Shown piece after piece: positions 31,977 through 44,655 of a DNA stretch of 64,000 bases (positions are counted from its first letter, which is position 1; every line of letters starts with the position of its first letter). The DNA lies in contig CAVVHE010000004.1 in NCBI GenBank assembly GCA_963748015.1, positions 2,157,322 to 2,221,321 on the forward strand, written 5' to 3'. A program made the position numbers and the translations under genes. The notes beneath the pieces are model-generated. The model had not been told where the DNA came from and did not search any database. It worked only from the letters and a program-made list of their open reading frames with translations. The stretch comes from Terriglobia bacterium (GTDB taxonomy: Bacteria; Acidobacteriota; Polarisedimenticolia; Polarisedimenticolales; JAIQFR01).

Positions 31977-33245
31977 TCAGCTCGAGGCCTTGCGGCGGAC
32001 GAGCAGGAGGGTCATGTCGTCGGCCTGCGGGGCGCCGCCGGCGAAGGCGTCGCAAGCCTCCACGATCGCCTGGACGACTTCCGCCACCGGGGCGCGCTCG
32101 ACGCGGCGGATCACCTCGACCACCCGATCCACGCCGAACTCCTCCTGGGCTGCGTTCGTACGCTCGAAGACGCCGTCGGTGATCAGCGCCACCACGTCTC
32201 CTGGTTCGAACGCGAGCCGGCCGGGCGTGCCGAGCGGCAGTCCCGACATCAATCCGAGCGGAAGCGTCGTCGACTTCGGCGTGCCGACGCCCCCCGACGC
32301 CTGCACGTGGAGGATCGGCCCCTGCCCCGCGGACTGGAAGGTCACGGCGTGGGCCTCCGCGTCGAGGACGCCGAGGAACGCCGTCACGAACCGGTTGGAC
32401 GAGAGATCGTCCGAGAGCTGGTCGTTGAGATGGGTGAAGGCGGCGTCGAGACCGGCGCCGAGCCGGAGGGCCATGCGAAGCATCGAGCGCACCTGGGTCA
32501 CGCTGAGCGCGGGACCGATCCCGTGGCCGGTGGCGTCGCCGAGGAGCAGGACCGTCCGCGACGGTCCCTCGGCGATCACGTCGAAGACGTCGCCGCCCGT
32601 CTGATCGGCGGGACGGCTCCAGCCGGCGAGGTCGTACCCCTCGACCCTGGGCATGGCCTTCGGAAGGAAGCTGACCTGGATCTCGCGCGCGACTTCCAGC
32701 TCGCGCTCCATCTTCTCCTTCGCCACCAGCTCGCGGAGGAGCCGCTGGCGCTGCAGCGCGACCGCGCACTGCGCGGCGAGGGCGGTCGCGACGGCCTCGT
32801 CGTCGCCGGAGAACGGCCCGCCCCGCTTGTTCAGCACCTGCATGACCCCCACGAGGGCGTCGTCGTGCCCCACGAGGGGCACGGTGAGCAGGCAGCGCGT
32901 GCGGAAGCCGCTCTGCCTGTCGAACGTGGGGTCGAACCGCGGGTCGGCGTAGCAATCGGGAACGCTGATCACCTGGCGGCGCTGCGCGCACTCGCCGACG
33001 ATCCCCCTCCCCGGCGGCACGCGGATCTCCCCGCTGCCGGTCGCGACCGTCGTGTAGAGCTCTCCCGACGCCGCATCGTGCAGGAACACGCTCCCGCGCT
33101 CGGCCTGGAGCAGGTCGCGCGCCGCATCCACGATCCTCGAAAGCAGGGTCGTAAGGTCCACCGGCGCCGCCAGCGCGCGCGCGACGTCGAGCAGCTTGCG
33201 GAAGTCCTCGATCCCGAGTTGCTTGCGCTCTTTCGGCAGCCCCAT
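31977..33245 (-). CDS. GAF + PP2C/SpoIIE phosphatase (RsbU-like)
   Basis: GAF with LNK...F...DE; GGDVFD, DATGHG, TDGVFE, DDMT. Confidence 0.92.
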   Translation of the reverse strand: MGLPKERKQLGIEDFRKLLDVARALAAPVDLTTLLSRIVDAARDLLQAERGSVFLHDAASGELYTTVATGSGEIRVPPGRGIVGECAQRRQVISVPDCYADPRFDPTFDRQSGFRTRCLLTVPLVGHDDALVGVMQVLNKRGGPFSGDDEAVATALAAQCAVALQRQRLLRELVAKEKMERELEVAREIQVSFLPKAMPRVEGYDLAGWSRPADQTGGDVFDVIAEGPSRTVLLLGDATGHGIGPALSVTQVRSMLRMALRLGAGLDAAFTHLNDQLSDDLSSNRFVTAFLGVLDAEAHAVTFQSAGQGPILHVQASGGVGTPKSTTLPLGLMSGLPLGTPGRLAFEPGDVVALITDGVFERTNAAQEEFGVDRVVEVIRRVERAPVAEVVQAIVEACDAFAGGAPQADDMTLLLVRRKASS

Positions 33246-33288
33246 GACTCCCCTCACCCCCGGGGGAATTATACGGGCACTCCGGCGC

Positions 33289-34620
33289 TCAGTGCCCGGG
33301 AGCCGAAAGCTCGTCGAAGTTCACGTGGCCGGCCCACGACGCGACCTCCCCGAGATCCACGTGCCGCGCGTCGGGATCCCGGACCAGGGATCGCGCGAGG
33401 AACCGCCGGAGCTCATCGCCGACGCCGGGAGCGATCGCGGAGATGTCGGGAACGTCCCACGCCTCGTGCGCCTCGTGGAGCGAGGTGTAGTCGCGGGCGG
33501 AAAAGAGGGGCTTGCCGGTCAGCATCTCCCAGGCGAGCCCCCCGAGCCCGTACACGTCGGCGGCGACTCCGCACGGGTCGCCTGCGAGCTGCTCCGGGGC
33601 CATGTACGGGAGGGTGCCGAGGATCGACCCGCCGCCTCCTCCCTTCTCCGCGGGCAGCGGCAGCGCGACGCCGAAGTCCATCAGCTTGACGATGCCGTCC
33701 CGGTTCACCATCACGTTCGACGGCTTGACGTCGCGGTGCACGACGCGCCTGGCGTGGGCGTACGCGAGCGCCGCGGCGACCTGCCCGAGGATGCGGCGGG
33801 CATCGGCGGCGCCGATCGTCCCTCGCGTGGCGAGAATGCGGTCGAGCGGCGACCCGTCGCAATACTCCATCACGATGAAGAAGGTGTGGAACGCCTCGAA
33901 GCGCCCGAACATCCGCGCGATGTTCTCGTGATCGAACGACTCGATGATGTCGGCTTCCTGCTGGAACCTCTGCCTCGACACCTCGCGGAACACGAGACGG
34001 TGGCTCATCATCTTGAACGCGACGCGACGGCCGGTGGAGGTATCCTCGCCCTCGTAGACGACGGCCATCCCCCCGCGGCCGAGGCGCCGCCGGATCCTGT
34101 ACCCGAAGAAGATCTTCCCCGAAAGCGCGTCGTGGATCCCCTCCCCCAGCCTCTGGGCGGTCAGGCGCGACAGCACCTCCGCCAGCGCGGGCTCCGCCTT
34201 CGCGAGGCGAAGGAAGTCCTCCACGGGAAGCGCCAGGGCGCGCACGGGGGTCAACGCGGTGACGGTGGCGGTGCGCGGCTCGCGCGTGAGGAGGGCCATC
34301 TCGCCGAAGACCTCCCCGCGCCCCGCGCGCTTGAGGACGTGCCGCTCTCCCTCGAACGTCACCACCACCTCGACCTCGCCGTTCTGGACCACCATCAGGC
34401 AGTCCCCGTCGTCGCCCTGCCGCATCAGGGCGGACCCGGCATCGAAGCGCCGCTCGACCATCGAGGACTCGATCTCCGCCATGATCTCCGGAGCAAGGCC
34501 GGCAAACGACGCTAGCGCGGCGAGATGCGTGTCGGCCGCCCGCGGGACCCTCGACCCGCCCGGCGCCCCGTGCTCGTCGCTCGTGACGGTCCCGTCCTCG
34601 GTGGGGTCTCGATCGGTCAT
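33289..34620 (-). CDS. cNMP-binding domain fused to Hanks Ser/Thr kinase
   Basis: FGEMALL...PRTATV phosphate-binding cassette; LGRGGMAVVY, HRDVKPSN, DFG, YMAPE. Confidence 0.9.
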   Translation of the reverse strand: MTDRDPTEDGTVTSDEHGAPGGSRVPRAADTHLAALASFAGLAPEIMAEIESSMVERRFDAGSALMRQGDDGDCLMVVQNGEVEVVVTFEGERHVLKRAGRGEVFGEMALLTREPRTATVTALTPVRALALPVEDFLRLAKAEPALAEVLSRLTAQRLGEGIHDALSGKIFFGYRIRRRLGRGGMAVVYEGEDTSTGRRVAFKMMSHRLVFREVSRQRFQQEADIIESFDHENIARMFGRFEAFHTFFIVMEYCDGSPLDRILATRGTIGAADARRILGQVAAALAYAHARRVVHRDVKPSNVMVNRDGIVKLMDFGVALPLPAEKGGGGGSILGTLPYMAPEQLAGDPCGVAADVYGLGGLAWEMLTGKPLFSARDYTSLHEAHEAWDVPDISAIAPGVGDELRRFLARSLVRDPDARHVDLGEVASWAGHVNFDELSAPGH

Positions 34621-34783
34621 CGGCACTCCAAGCCGTCGGGTGGCGTCCGCGGCTCGCGTTTCTAGTATGCCTCTTGTCGAGGCTTCGCGCGGATTTCGTT
34701 GCGGCGGGACGGGTACGGGGCGGGCGCCGCGGGGAAGCCGCCCAGACGGTAGAATGCGGAGTCCCTTGCGCAAGGAGGAGGCC

Positions 34784-36304
34784 GTGTCGGCGGGTTCGAC
34801 GGGAGTCTGTTGCGGGGCCCTGCGGCGCAGGCCGCGTCGCGGGCTCGCCCTGCCCGTGGCCGCGCCGCTCCTTCTCGTCGCGCTCTTGCCGCACGCGTTG
34901 GCGCGCCCTCCCGAGGGCGAGCCTCCTGCGCCGCCTCAAGCGGCTCCGCGGACGTTGCTGCTCGCGCTCGATGCCGTCCCGTACCGCGTGGCGGAGGAGG
35001 CATGCCGGCGCGGGGCGTTCGCGGGGTGGCCGTCCCCGGCGGCGCTCGTCGCGCCGTTCCCCACCATGACCCACGTCGGCTTCGCGTCGCTGTTCCTGCC
35101 GTTCGGCGTGGCCCCCTCGCGGGGATACGAGATTCACCATTTCGATACGACGGCCAACGAGATCGTGGGCGGGAGCCCCCTCGAGTACGAGAAGGAGTCG
35201 CCGGCGTGGAACGAGCTGTTCGACGCGCCCGGCCGGAGCCTGATGTCGAAGCTGTCGAATTACACCTCGCCGGGAAAAGCGGCCCGCAAGGAGCTGGCCG
35301 AGATCGAGAACGAGGTCCTTGTTTCCCCGCGCGAGATCGTCATCGCCTACATCGGCGCGACCGACGGCTTCATCCATCTGCAGGGCGACGAGAAGGAGGT
35401 CGAATTCCTCGTCGAGCTCGACCAGCGACTGCGCGCTCTCGCCGAGCGACACCTCGGCGCGAGGGGACGACCGCTCCGGATCGTCCTCTTCTCGGACCAC
35501 GGCAGCGGCAGATGCAAGATCCACCACGCGGGGAGCTTCGAGCGTCTTCTTCGAGAGGCGGGGTTCAGGGTGGTGGAGCAGCTCGGGGGTCCGGACGACG
35601 TGGTCGCGCCGACGTTCGGCCTCGTCAACTACGGCGCGCTGTTCCTACGCGACGCCGGCCGCGCCGGGACCGCGGCCCGCGCCATCGTCCGGCACGAGGC
35701 GGTCGAGCTGGCGGCCTGGTCGCCGGAGCCCGGCGTGGTCGAGGTCGTCTCGCGCTCGGGCCGGGCCCGCGTCCTTTGGCTCGGCCCCGCCGGGGCCGAG
35801 CGATACGCTTACGAGGACGGCGGCGGCGACCCCCTGCGACTGTCCGTGGCGCGCCGCCGGCTCGAGGCCGCGGGGCTCCTCGACGCCGCGGGGTACGCCG
35901 GCGAAAAAGACTGGCTGCGGGAGACGGCGTTCGAGGACTACCCCGATCCTCTCCGCCGCCTCGCGGAAGCGCTGACCGGCGACCGGATCCTGAGCCGGGC
36001 GACCGTCCTGTTCTCCCTCGGGCCGTGCTGGTCGTGGGGTTGGCGGTCGGCGGTCGCCGGCGCCTGGATCCGGGGCGGCCGGCTCGAGGGAACTCACGGC
36101 GGGCTCGACCGCGACTCCACCCTGGGAGTCTTGCTCGTCAACGACCCCGCTCTGGCCCCGCCGCGCGCCGTCCGCGCCGACGAGGCTCTCGCCCCCTTCG
36201 CGCTCGCGGTTCGCGCGGAAAGGGAGCGACTGGCAGCGGGGAAACCGGCGCCTCCCGATCGACCCGAGGGGAGCGGACGCGAATCGTCGCAGCAAAAACG
36301 TTGA
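34784..36304 (+). CDS. exported alkaline phosphatase / nucleotide phosphodiesterase superfamily protein
   Basis: AAGGAGG RBS; LLALDAVP, APFPTMT, TDGFIH, FSDHG, THGGL. Confidence 0.72.
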   Translation: MSAGSTGVCCGALRRRPRRGLALPVAAPLLLVALLPHALARPPEGEPPAPPQAAPRTLLLALDAVPYRVAEEACRRGAFAGWPSPAALVAPFPTMTHVGFASLFLPFGVAPSRGYEIHHFDTTANEIVGGSPLEYEKESPAWNELFDAPGRSLMSKLSNYTSPGKAARKELAEIENEVLVSPREIVIAYIGATDGFIHLQGDEKEVEFLVELDQRLRALAERHLGARGRPLRIVLFSDHGSGRCKIHHAGSFERLLREAGFRVVEQLGGPDDVVAPTFGLVNYGALFLRDAGRAGTAARAIVRHEAVELAAWSPEPGVVEVVSRSGRARVLWLGPAGAERYAYEDGGGDPLRLSVARRRLEAAGLLDAAGYAGEKDWLRETAFEDYPDPLRRLAEALTGDRILSRATVLFSLGPCWSWGWRSAVAGAWIRGGRLEGTHGGLDRDSTLGVLLVNDPALAPPRAVRADEALAPFALAVRAERERLAAGKPAPPDRPEGSGRESSQQKR

Positions 36305-36410
36305 CGGGCTGCCCGTCCGTCCGTATCCATCCATAGAGGCATGCCCGTTGCGGCTACCGAGGGTGGTGGCTCGTGCGCGGGTGCGCCGGCGTTCGGAGGG
36401 GAGTCGCCGC

Positions 36411-37640
36411 GTGGACGTGTTCATAGCCCGCCAGCCGATCTTCGACACGAAGCAAGAGGTCGTCGCCTACGAGCTGCTGTTCCGCTCCGGGGTCGACGCC
36501 AGCGAGTTCGACCATCCCGACCCGGCGGTCGCCTCGGCCAAGGTCATCGGCGACGCGTTCCTCGTCGTCGGATTCGACACGATCACCCGCGGCGCGGGCG
36601 CGTTCGTCAATGCGACCCGGGAGATCCTCCTCCACGACTACGCCACCCTCCTTCCGCCGGGAAGAACGACCATCGAGATCGTGGAGACGGTGGAGGCCGA
36701 CCAGGAGGTGCTGGAGGCTTGCCGGCGTCACCGGGTGGCCGGCTACCGGCTGGCCCTCGACAATTTCGTTCCGGGGGACCCTCGCTCGTCGCTCCTCGAC
36801 CTCGTGGACCTCGTGAAGGTGAACTTCCGCGACGTTCCAAGCGACGGCCGCGCGGAAGCGGTGCGCCTGTGCGCACCGTCCGGCAAGCGGCTGGTCGCCC
36901 AGAGGGTGGAGACGTGGGAGGAGTTCGAGTGGGCTCGCTCGAACGGGTATTCCCTCTTTCAGGGGTTCTTCTTCAGCCGGCCCATGACCGTGGCCTCGAA
37001 GGACGTGCCGGCGTTCAAGTTGCACCTCGTGGAAACCCTCAAGGAGGTGTTCCGGCCCGAGCTCGACTACGCCCGAATCGAGGACCTCATCAAGCGGGAC
37101 ATGGCCCTCACCTACAAGTTCCTGCGGTTCATCAACTCGAGCGCTTTCGGCTGGCAGGCGCGGATCGAGTCGATCCGCCACGCGCTCGCGCTGCTGGGCG
37201 AGAACGAGATCCGGAAGTGGGTCACGCTGGTCTCCGTGTCGAGCCTGTCCGTGGACCGGCCCGACGAGGTGCTGGTGCTCGCCGCGCTGCGGGCGGCGTT
37301 CGCCGAGTCTCTCGCGGAGCAGCTGGGCTTCCGCGACCGCAAGCAGGACTTCTTCCTGCTCGGGATGTTCTCCCTGCTCGATGCGGTCCTCGACCGGCCG
37401 CAGGCGCTGGCCCTGATGGACCTGCCGCTCGGAGCGGACATTCGAGAGGCGCTTCTCGGCGGAGAGAATCTCCTCCGAAACGTCCTCGACTACGTCATCG
37501 CCTACGAGCGGGCCGATTGGGAGGAGCTCCCCGCCCGCGCGAGGGCCCTGGGGCTCGAAGAAATCGGCACGCCCGTGCTCTACCTGGACGCGGTCCGGTG
37601 GAGCCAGGAGACGTTCGGGCTGATACGCGCCGGGCGATAG
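36411..37640 (+). CDS. EAL-HDOD domain protein (YuxH/PdeH-like)
   Basis: FIARQPIFD, YELLFR, FQGFFFSRP, LLGMFSLLDA. Confidence 0.9.
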   Translation: MDVFIARQPIFDTKQEVVAYELLFRSGVDASEFDHPDPAVASAKVIGDAFLVVGFDTITRGAGAFVNATREILLHDYATLLPPGRTTIEIVETVEADQEVLEACRRHRVAGYRLALDNFVPGDPRSSLLDLVDLVKVNFRDVPSDGRAEAVRLCAPSGKRLVAQRVETWEEFEWARSNGYSLFQGFFFSRPMTVASKDVPAFKLHLVETLKEVFRPELDYARIEDLIKRDMALTYKFLRFINSSAFGWQARIESIRHALALLGENEIRKWVTLVSVSSLSVDRPDEVLVLAALRAAFAESLAEQLGFRDRKQDFFLLGMFSLLDAVLDRPQALALMDLPLGADIREALLGGENLLRNVLDYVIAYERADWEELPARARALGLEEIGTPVLYLDAVRWSQETFGLIRAGR

Positions 37641-37735
37641 CCCTTTGCCGACCCTGGCGCGGCACGATTCGCCGCACCATATTGAAACCCCTGGACCAGC
37701 GCCCTGACCGCTCCTGGACCGGCCGGGGGACACCT

Positions 37736-38566
37736 ATGCCGAACGTCACGTTTCCTTCGACGATTACCCGCGCGGCCGCCGCCGTCTGCGCCTCGCTGGC
37801 CCTCGCGGCGACGATCGGTTGCGCGGGGTCCATGAAGAAGCCCGAGACGCGCCCGGTCGAGACGGTCGAGGCCCCGCGGTGCGACTGCTCGCAGCTCGAG
37901 GGGGAGATCGACCGTCTGAAGGGACGGGTAGAGCCCCCCTGCGACACGCAGCAGTTCGAGGACGAGGCGGCCGCCCTGCGGCTCCGCGTTCTCGAGAAGG
38001 ACGCCGTCGCCCGATCGCTCCGAGATCAGCTCTCCACGGAGCGGGTCGAGCTCGAGGAGGCGATCGGGGAGGTGGTGCGCTCCAAGGCCAAGCTTCGCAG
38101 CATCGAAAGCAAGGCGCAGGCCGCGTCGGACATGGCCGAGGGGGAGATCGCCCTGAAGACCGCGAAGGCCCGCTACTCCGGCGCGGATCGACCACCGGCC
38201 CTCTCCGCCGCCGAGCAGCTGCTCGTCGGGAGCGCCAAGGAGTTCGAGAGGCAGAACTACGGCGGGTCGCTCTACCTGGCCGGCCAGGCCCGGACGAAGA
38301 TCCGCGCGGCGGAGGCCCAGGCGCGGTCGCGGGGAAGCGTGGATTCCGTGGGCGGCGAGATCCGCTTTGCGGCGCCGGTCGAGCTCAAGGTCGCGAAGTC
38401 CTGCAAGCTCAGGAAATCTCCGGGCCTCGAGGCCGATGTCCTGTCCACGCTCCCGCCCGGCACCTCGGTCACCGGCCTGTCCTACAAGGGAAAGTGGGTG
38501 CGCGTCGCGTACGGCGACCGCTCCATCGGTTGGATCTTCCAGACGCTCCTCGCGGGGCTGGAGTAG
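37736..38566 (+). CDS. putative lipoprotein with coiled coil and C-terminal SH3b domain
   Basis: TIGC lipobox-like motif; LRKSPG...W.RV......GWI. Confidence 0.72.
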   Translation: MPNVTFPSTITRAAAAVCASLALAATIGCAGSMKKPETRPVETVEAPRCDCSQLEGEIDRLKGRVEPPCDTQQFEDEAAALRLRVLEKDAVARSLRDQLSTERVELEEAIGEVVRSKAKLRSIESKAQAASDMAEGEIALKTAKARYSGADRPPALSAAEQLLVGSAKEFERQNYGGSLYLAGQARTKIRAAEAQARSRGSVDSVGGEIRFAAPVELKVAKSCKLRKSPGLEADVLSTLPPGTSVTGLSYKGKWVRVAYGDRSIGWIFQTLLAGLE

Positions 38567-38578
38567 CCCGCCCAAGGT

Positions 38579-40384
38579 CTAGACGATCGGCGACATGCCG
38601 ATCTCGCCGTCCGGGCCGGCGAATGGAGGAGCAGGACCCCCGGCGGCCCGAGTGTCGCCCGCGGCGGCCACCCGGTTCCGGCCCGCCCTCTTCGCCTCGT
38701 ACAGCGCGGCGTCGGCCTTCCGGAGCAGCGCGTCGGGCTCGAGCGCGTGCTCCGGATACATGGACACGCCGATGCTCAGCGACACCTCCCACGGGTCGTC
38801 GGTGATCGTGGGCCGGACCACGCTGGCGCGATCGCGGATACGCTCGGCGACCTGGACGGCGGTATCAAGGTCCGTCTCGGGGAGCACCACCACGAACTCG
38901 TCCCCCCCGTAGCGCGCGGCGCAGTCGCAGGAGCGGGTCGAGTGCTCGAGCAGCTTCGCGATCCCTCGGAGCACCTGGTCGCCCGCGAGGTGACCGTGAG
39001 AGTCGTTGAGCCCCTTGAACTGGTCCACGTCGATCATGAGCACGGCGAAGACGTGGTCGTGTCGCCCGGACCGCTCGACCTCGCGCGCGAGCGTGCCCAT
39101 CAGCGCGTGACGGTTGTGGAGCCCCGTGAGACTGTCGGTCGTCGAGATCTTCTGGAGCTCCGCGTTCTTCTCGCGGAGGGCCGCGTTCTTGGCGTCGAGC
39201 TCCTCGCGCGTGTGCGCCAGCCGGAGCACCATGTTGTTGAAGAGCGTCGTCAGCGCGGCGACCTCGCCCTTGCCGAGCACGGGGAGGGCGATCGTCAGGT
39301 CGCCGCCCGCCACCTTCGCCGATCCCCTGGCCAGGCGGCCGAGGGGGCGCACGATCGCGAGCCCGAGCAGCGACGCCGCGAGGCCGACGACGAGGAGCAG
39401 GATCCCGGTCAGCGCGAGCGTGAGGTTGCGGAGCCGGCCGATGTGCGCGTAGGCCGTGCTCCGGTCGAGCTGGGCCAGGACGCCCCCCTCGATCTGCTCG
39501 AGGGGCTCGAGGCTTCCGACGGTCGCCCTGCCGTCCACGTCGCGATACTCGAGAAATGCCGACACCTTCGAGAAGAGCTTCTCCGCGACCTCGGGCGCGA
39601 TTCCCGCGCGAGGCGCCGCGCCGTTGCCGGCAGCGACCAATGCGCGGCCGTCCCGGTCGACCAGGTTCAGCGCGCAGGGAGCATCCTCCGCGTACCTGCG
39701 CAGCACCTCCGCGATCCCCCGGAAATTGAGCTTGGCGACCAGCAGTCCCACGAACTCCTCGCGGACCGACCGGATGGGCTCGCCGATGACCAGGATGTCC
39801 TTGCCGAGATCCGGATCGCGATGGGCTTGCCCGACGACCGGCTTGTCCGCCCTGGCGAGCCGTTCCCAGTCCCCCGGCAGCTCGAGCGCTCCCGGGGTCT
39901 CGGCCGTCGTCGCGAGGACCCGTCCGCCTGGATCGACGACGAGAAGCTCTTCGTAGTCCGCGAACTTCCGCCGAACCGCCTTCAGGTAGTTCTCGAGCTG
40001 CTTTTTCTCGTCCGGCCTCGCCGCCGCGGAACCTTTTACGAGGGCCTCCGTCGTTCCCGCGACCACGGACGACGTCGAGAACACCCTCACGTCGTAGAGG
40101 CGCTCCTTGATCGCCAGGTCGATCTCCCGCGAAGCCTGGGTGGTGACGCTCGAGAGCTCCTGGCCGATCTTGGCCTCGAGGATCCTCTTGTTGAAGACGT
40201 ACGAAAGCCAGCCCATGGCGGCCGACGGCAGCAGGGTCGCGATCAGCGCGAGGACGGTCACCTTCCTCGCGATGCTCTGCACCCCGAAGACACCGAGGGC
40301 GCGGGTGACGAATCGCTCCGTCGCCCCCGGAGACTCGGCCGGCGCGACCGCACCCCCGCTCCCGCGCTCGAAGCCCTCGTTCAT
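38579..40384 (-). CDS. diguanylate cyclase (Cache-HAMP-GGDEF)
   Basis: 2 TM, HAMP; DSLTGLHN, RSCD I-site, RYGGDEF, ALYEAK..GRN. Confidence 0.92.
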   Translation of the reverse strand: MNEGFERGSGGAVAPAESPGATERFVTRALGVFGVQSIARKVTVLALIATLLPSAAMGWLSYVFNKRILEAKIGQELSSVTTQASREIDLAIKERLYDVRVFSTSSVVAGTTEALVKGSAAARPDEKKQLENYLKAVRRKFADYEELLVVDPGGRVLATTAETPGALELPGDWERLARADKPVVGQAHRDPDLGKDILVIGEPIRSVREEFVGLLVAKLNFRGIAEVLRRYAEDAPCALNLVDRDGRALVAAGNGAAPRAGIAPEVAEKLFSKVSAFLEYRDVDGRATVGSLEPLEQIEGGVLAQLDRSTAYAHIGRLRNLTLALTGILLLVVGLAASLLGLAIVRPLGRLARGSAKVAGGDLTIALPVLGKGEVAALTTLFNNMVLRLAHTREELDAKNAALREKNAELQKISTTDSLTGLHNRHALMGTLAREVERSGRHDHVFAVLMIDVDQFKGLNDSHGHLAGDQVLRGIAKLLEHSTRSCDCAARYGGDEFVVVLPETDLDTAVQVAERIRDRASVVRPTITDDPWEVSLSIGVSMYPEHALEPDALLRKADAALYEAKRAGRNRVAAAGDTRAAGGPAPPFAGPDGEIGMSPIV

Positions 40385-40497
40385 CTCCGTCCTTCCTCGA
40401 GGCGCGGACCCCCGCGCCGGGTTCTCGGGAGAATCCGGATCCAATGTGGGTCCAGGAACGGCGGGAGTCCAGCAGGAGAGGGTCGAGGGGGCGGGAC

Positions 40498-40527
40498 GGA
40501 GGCGCGGCCCGTCCGGGCCGCGCCTCC
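40498..40527 (-). terminator. hairpin after the S9 peptidase gene
   Basis: ggaggcgcggccc-gtcc-gggccgcgcctcc, 13-bp stem. Confidence 0.55.
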
Positions 40528-40545
40528 TTCGGTGCCAAGAGCTTG

Positions 40546-43284
<2,739 letters not shown>

Positions 43285-43399
43285 CGTGCGGACCTCCATT
43301 GGAAAGGGGCGCTTGCCCATGCTCCTCTTGATACGTCGGCGGCGGCCCCGGGTTCCATGGGCGAACGGCCACCGCGCCGGCCGGAGCGGACCGCCGCCG

Positions 43400-44632
43400 T
43401 CAGGTCCCTTCGCGCTCGCGGTGCACCCAGGCGACGGCCTGGCTCGCGGCCAGCACCAGCAGCACGACGCTCATCGGGAACAGGTACCTCGGGACGTAAC
43501 CCACGAGATAGTACACGAGAGGGTACGCGGCGAGCGGCACGACGATCGCGGCCCGCTGTGGCGCGGTCAGCTTCGGCCAGGCCCGGCGCAGCCCCAGGAA
43601 AGCGAGGACGGTCACCGCCGCCGAGAAGAGAGCCTCGATCGGGCGCCTCGGCGGACCGAGCCACACGTGCCACACCCGCGATGCGGTCAGGCGCAGGAAC
43701 TCCGCGGGGTGCGTCCGGATCCACTCGAGGGTCTCTTGCCTCTGCTTCGACATGTACGCCGCCTCGCCCAGCGCCTTCGCCTCCAGGGCTTCATCCCGGT
43801 TGTTCCCGGGGTGGAGTGATCGGGGCCCGGGGTGTTCGGCCCAGAGGTCGGCCCGCGCCCCGTCGTGATTTCCGAGCTTCAGCTCGAGGCCGAAGTTGCT
43901 CCGGATGAAGAACATGTCGTCGAGCGCGAGGTAGTTCCGCCATGCCCAGGGGAGACAGGCGAACAGCGCGCCGCAGAGGATCGCCGCGATCCATGCCGTC
44001 TTGCGGCGGTCGCGGACCCACCACGCCTCGAAGGCCAGGTAGCCGGCGACGACCGGCAGCAGGGCCGGCGCGAGGTGGAACGCGGCCCCGGCGCCCGCCC
44101 CGAGCAGCGCCGAGCGGGCCACGGTGAGACGGCCCGGCGATTCCCACCGGGCGGCGAAGGCGGCCATCAGTGCGGCCAGGGCGATCGCGGCCATCGCCTC
44201 GTTCCAAAGCCACCCGAGGACGTCCTCGATGCCGTACCTCGGCAGAGCCGCGGCGAACAACCCCGCGGCGGCTCCCGCCGCCGTCCCCAGGCCGATGCGG
44301 CGCGAGAGCCACGGGAGCATGGCGTAGGCGGCGGCGCACGCGACGATGCCGGCGGCGGAGCGGGCGTAGGCCGCGGCCGTCGTGACGCCGAGCGCGAGGT
44401 AGATCAAGGCCTCGAGGCCGGTGTGAAGGGGGAGCGGGTGCGCCGTCGGCCCCGTCGGGATGCAGTACGGGTCGGCGTACCGGCCCGTGGCCGCGAGGGA
44501 GCGCGCGACCGCATCCACTTCCTTGTGCGCGCCGACAAGCACGTACTCGCGGGGAATCAGCGGCGACACGAGCACGCCGACCCGGACCGTCAGCGCCACG
44601 GCGAAGATGAGGAGCGCCCAGCGTCGCGCCAT
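43400..44632 (-). CDS. polytopic membrane protein, GT-C/ArnT-like glycosyltransferase
   Basis: Many TM helices; GPTAH.LP and PW..RN motifs. Confidence 0.6.
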   Translation of the reverse strand: MARRWALLIFAVALTVRVGVLVSPLIPREYVLVGAHKEVDAVARSLAATGRYADPYCIPTGPTAHPLPLHTGLEALIYLALGVTTAAAYARSAAGIVACAAAYAMLPWLSRRIGLGTAAGAAAGLFAAALPRYGIEDVLGWLWNEAMAAIALAALMAAFAARWESPGRLTVARSALLGAGAGAAFHLAPALLPVVAGYLAFEAWWVRDRRKTAWIAAILCGALFACLPWAWRNYLALDDMFFIRSNFGLELKLGNHDGARADLWAEHPGPRSLHPGNNRDEALEAKALGEAAYMSKQRQETLEWIRTHPAEFLRLTASRVWHVWLGPPRRPIEALFSAAVTVLAFLGLRRAWPKLTAPQRAAIVVPLAAYPLVYYLVGYVPRYLFPMSVVLLVLAASQAVAWVHREREGT

Positions 44633-44655
44633 GAGCCGCCCCCGTCAAGCGGCCG

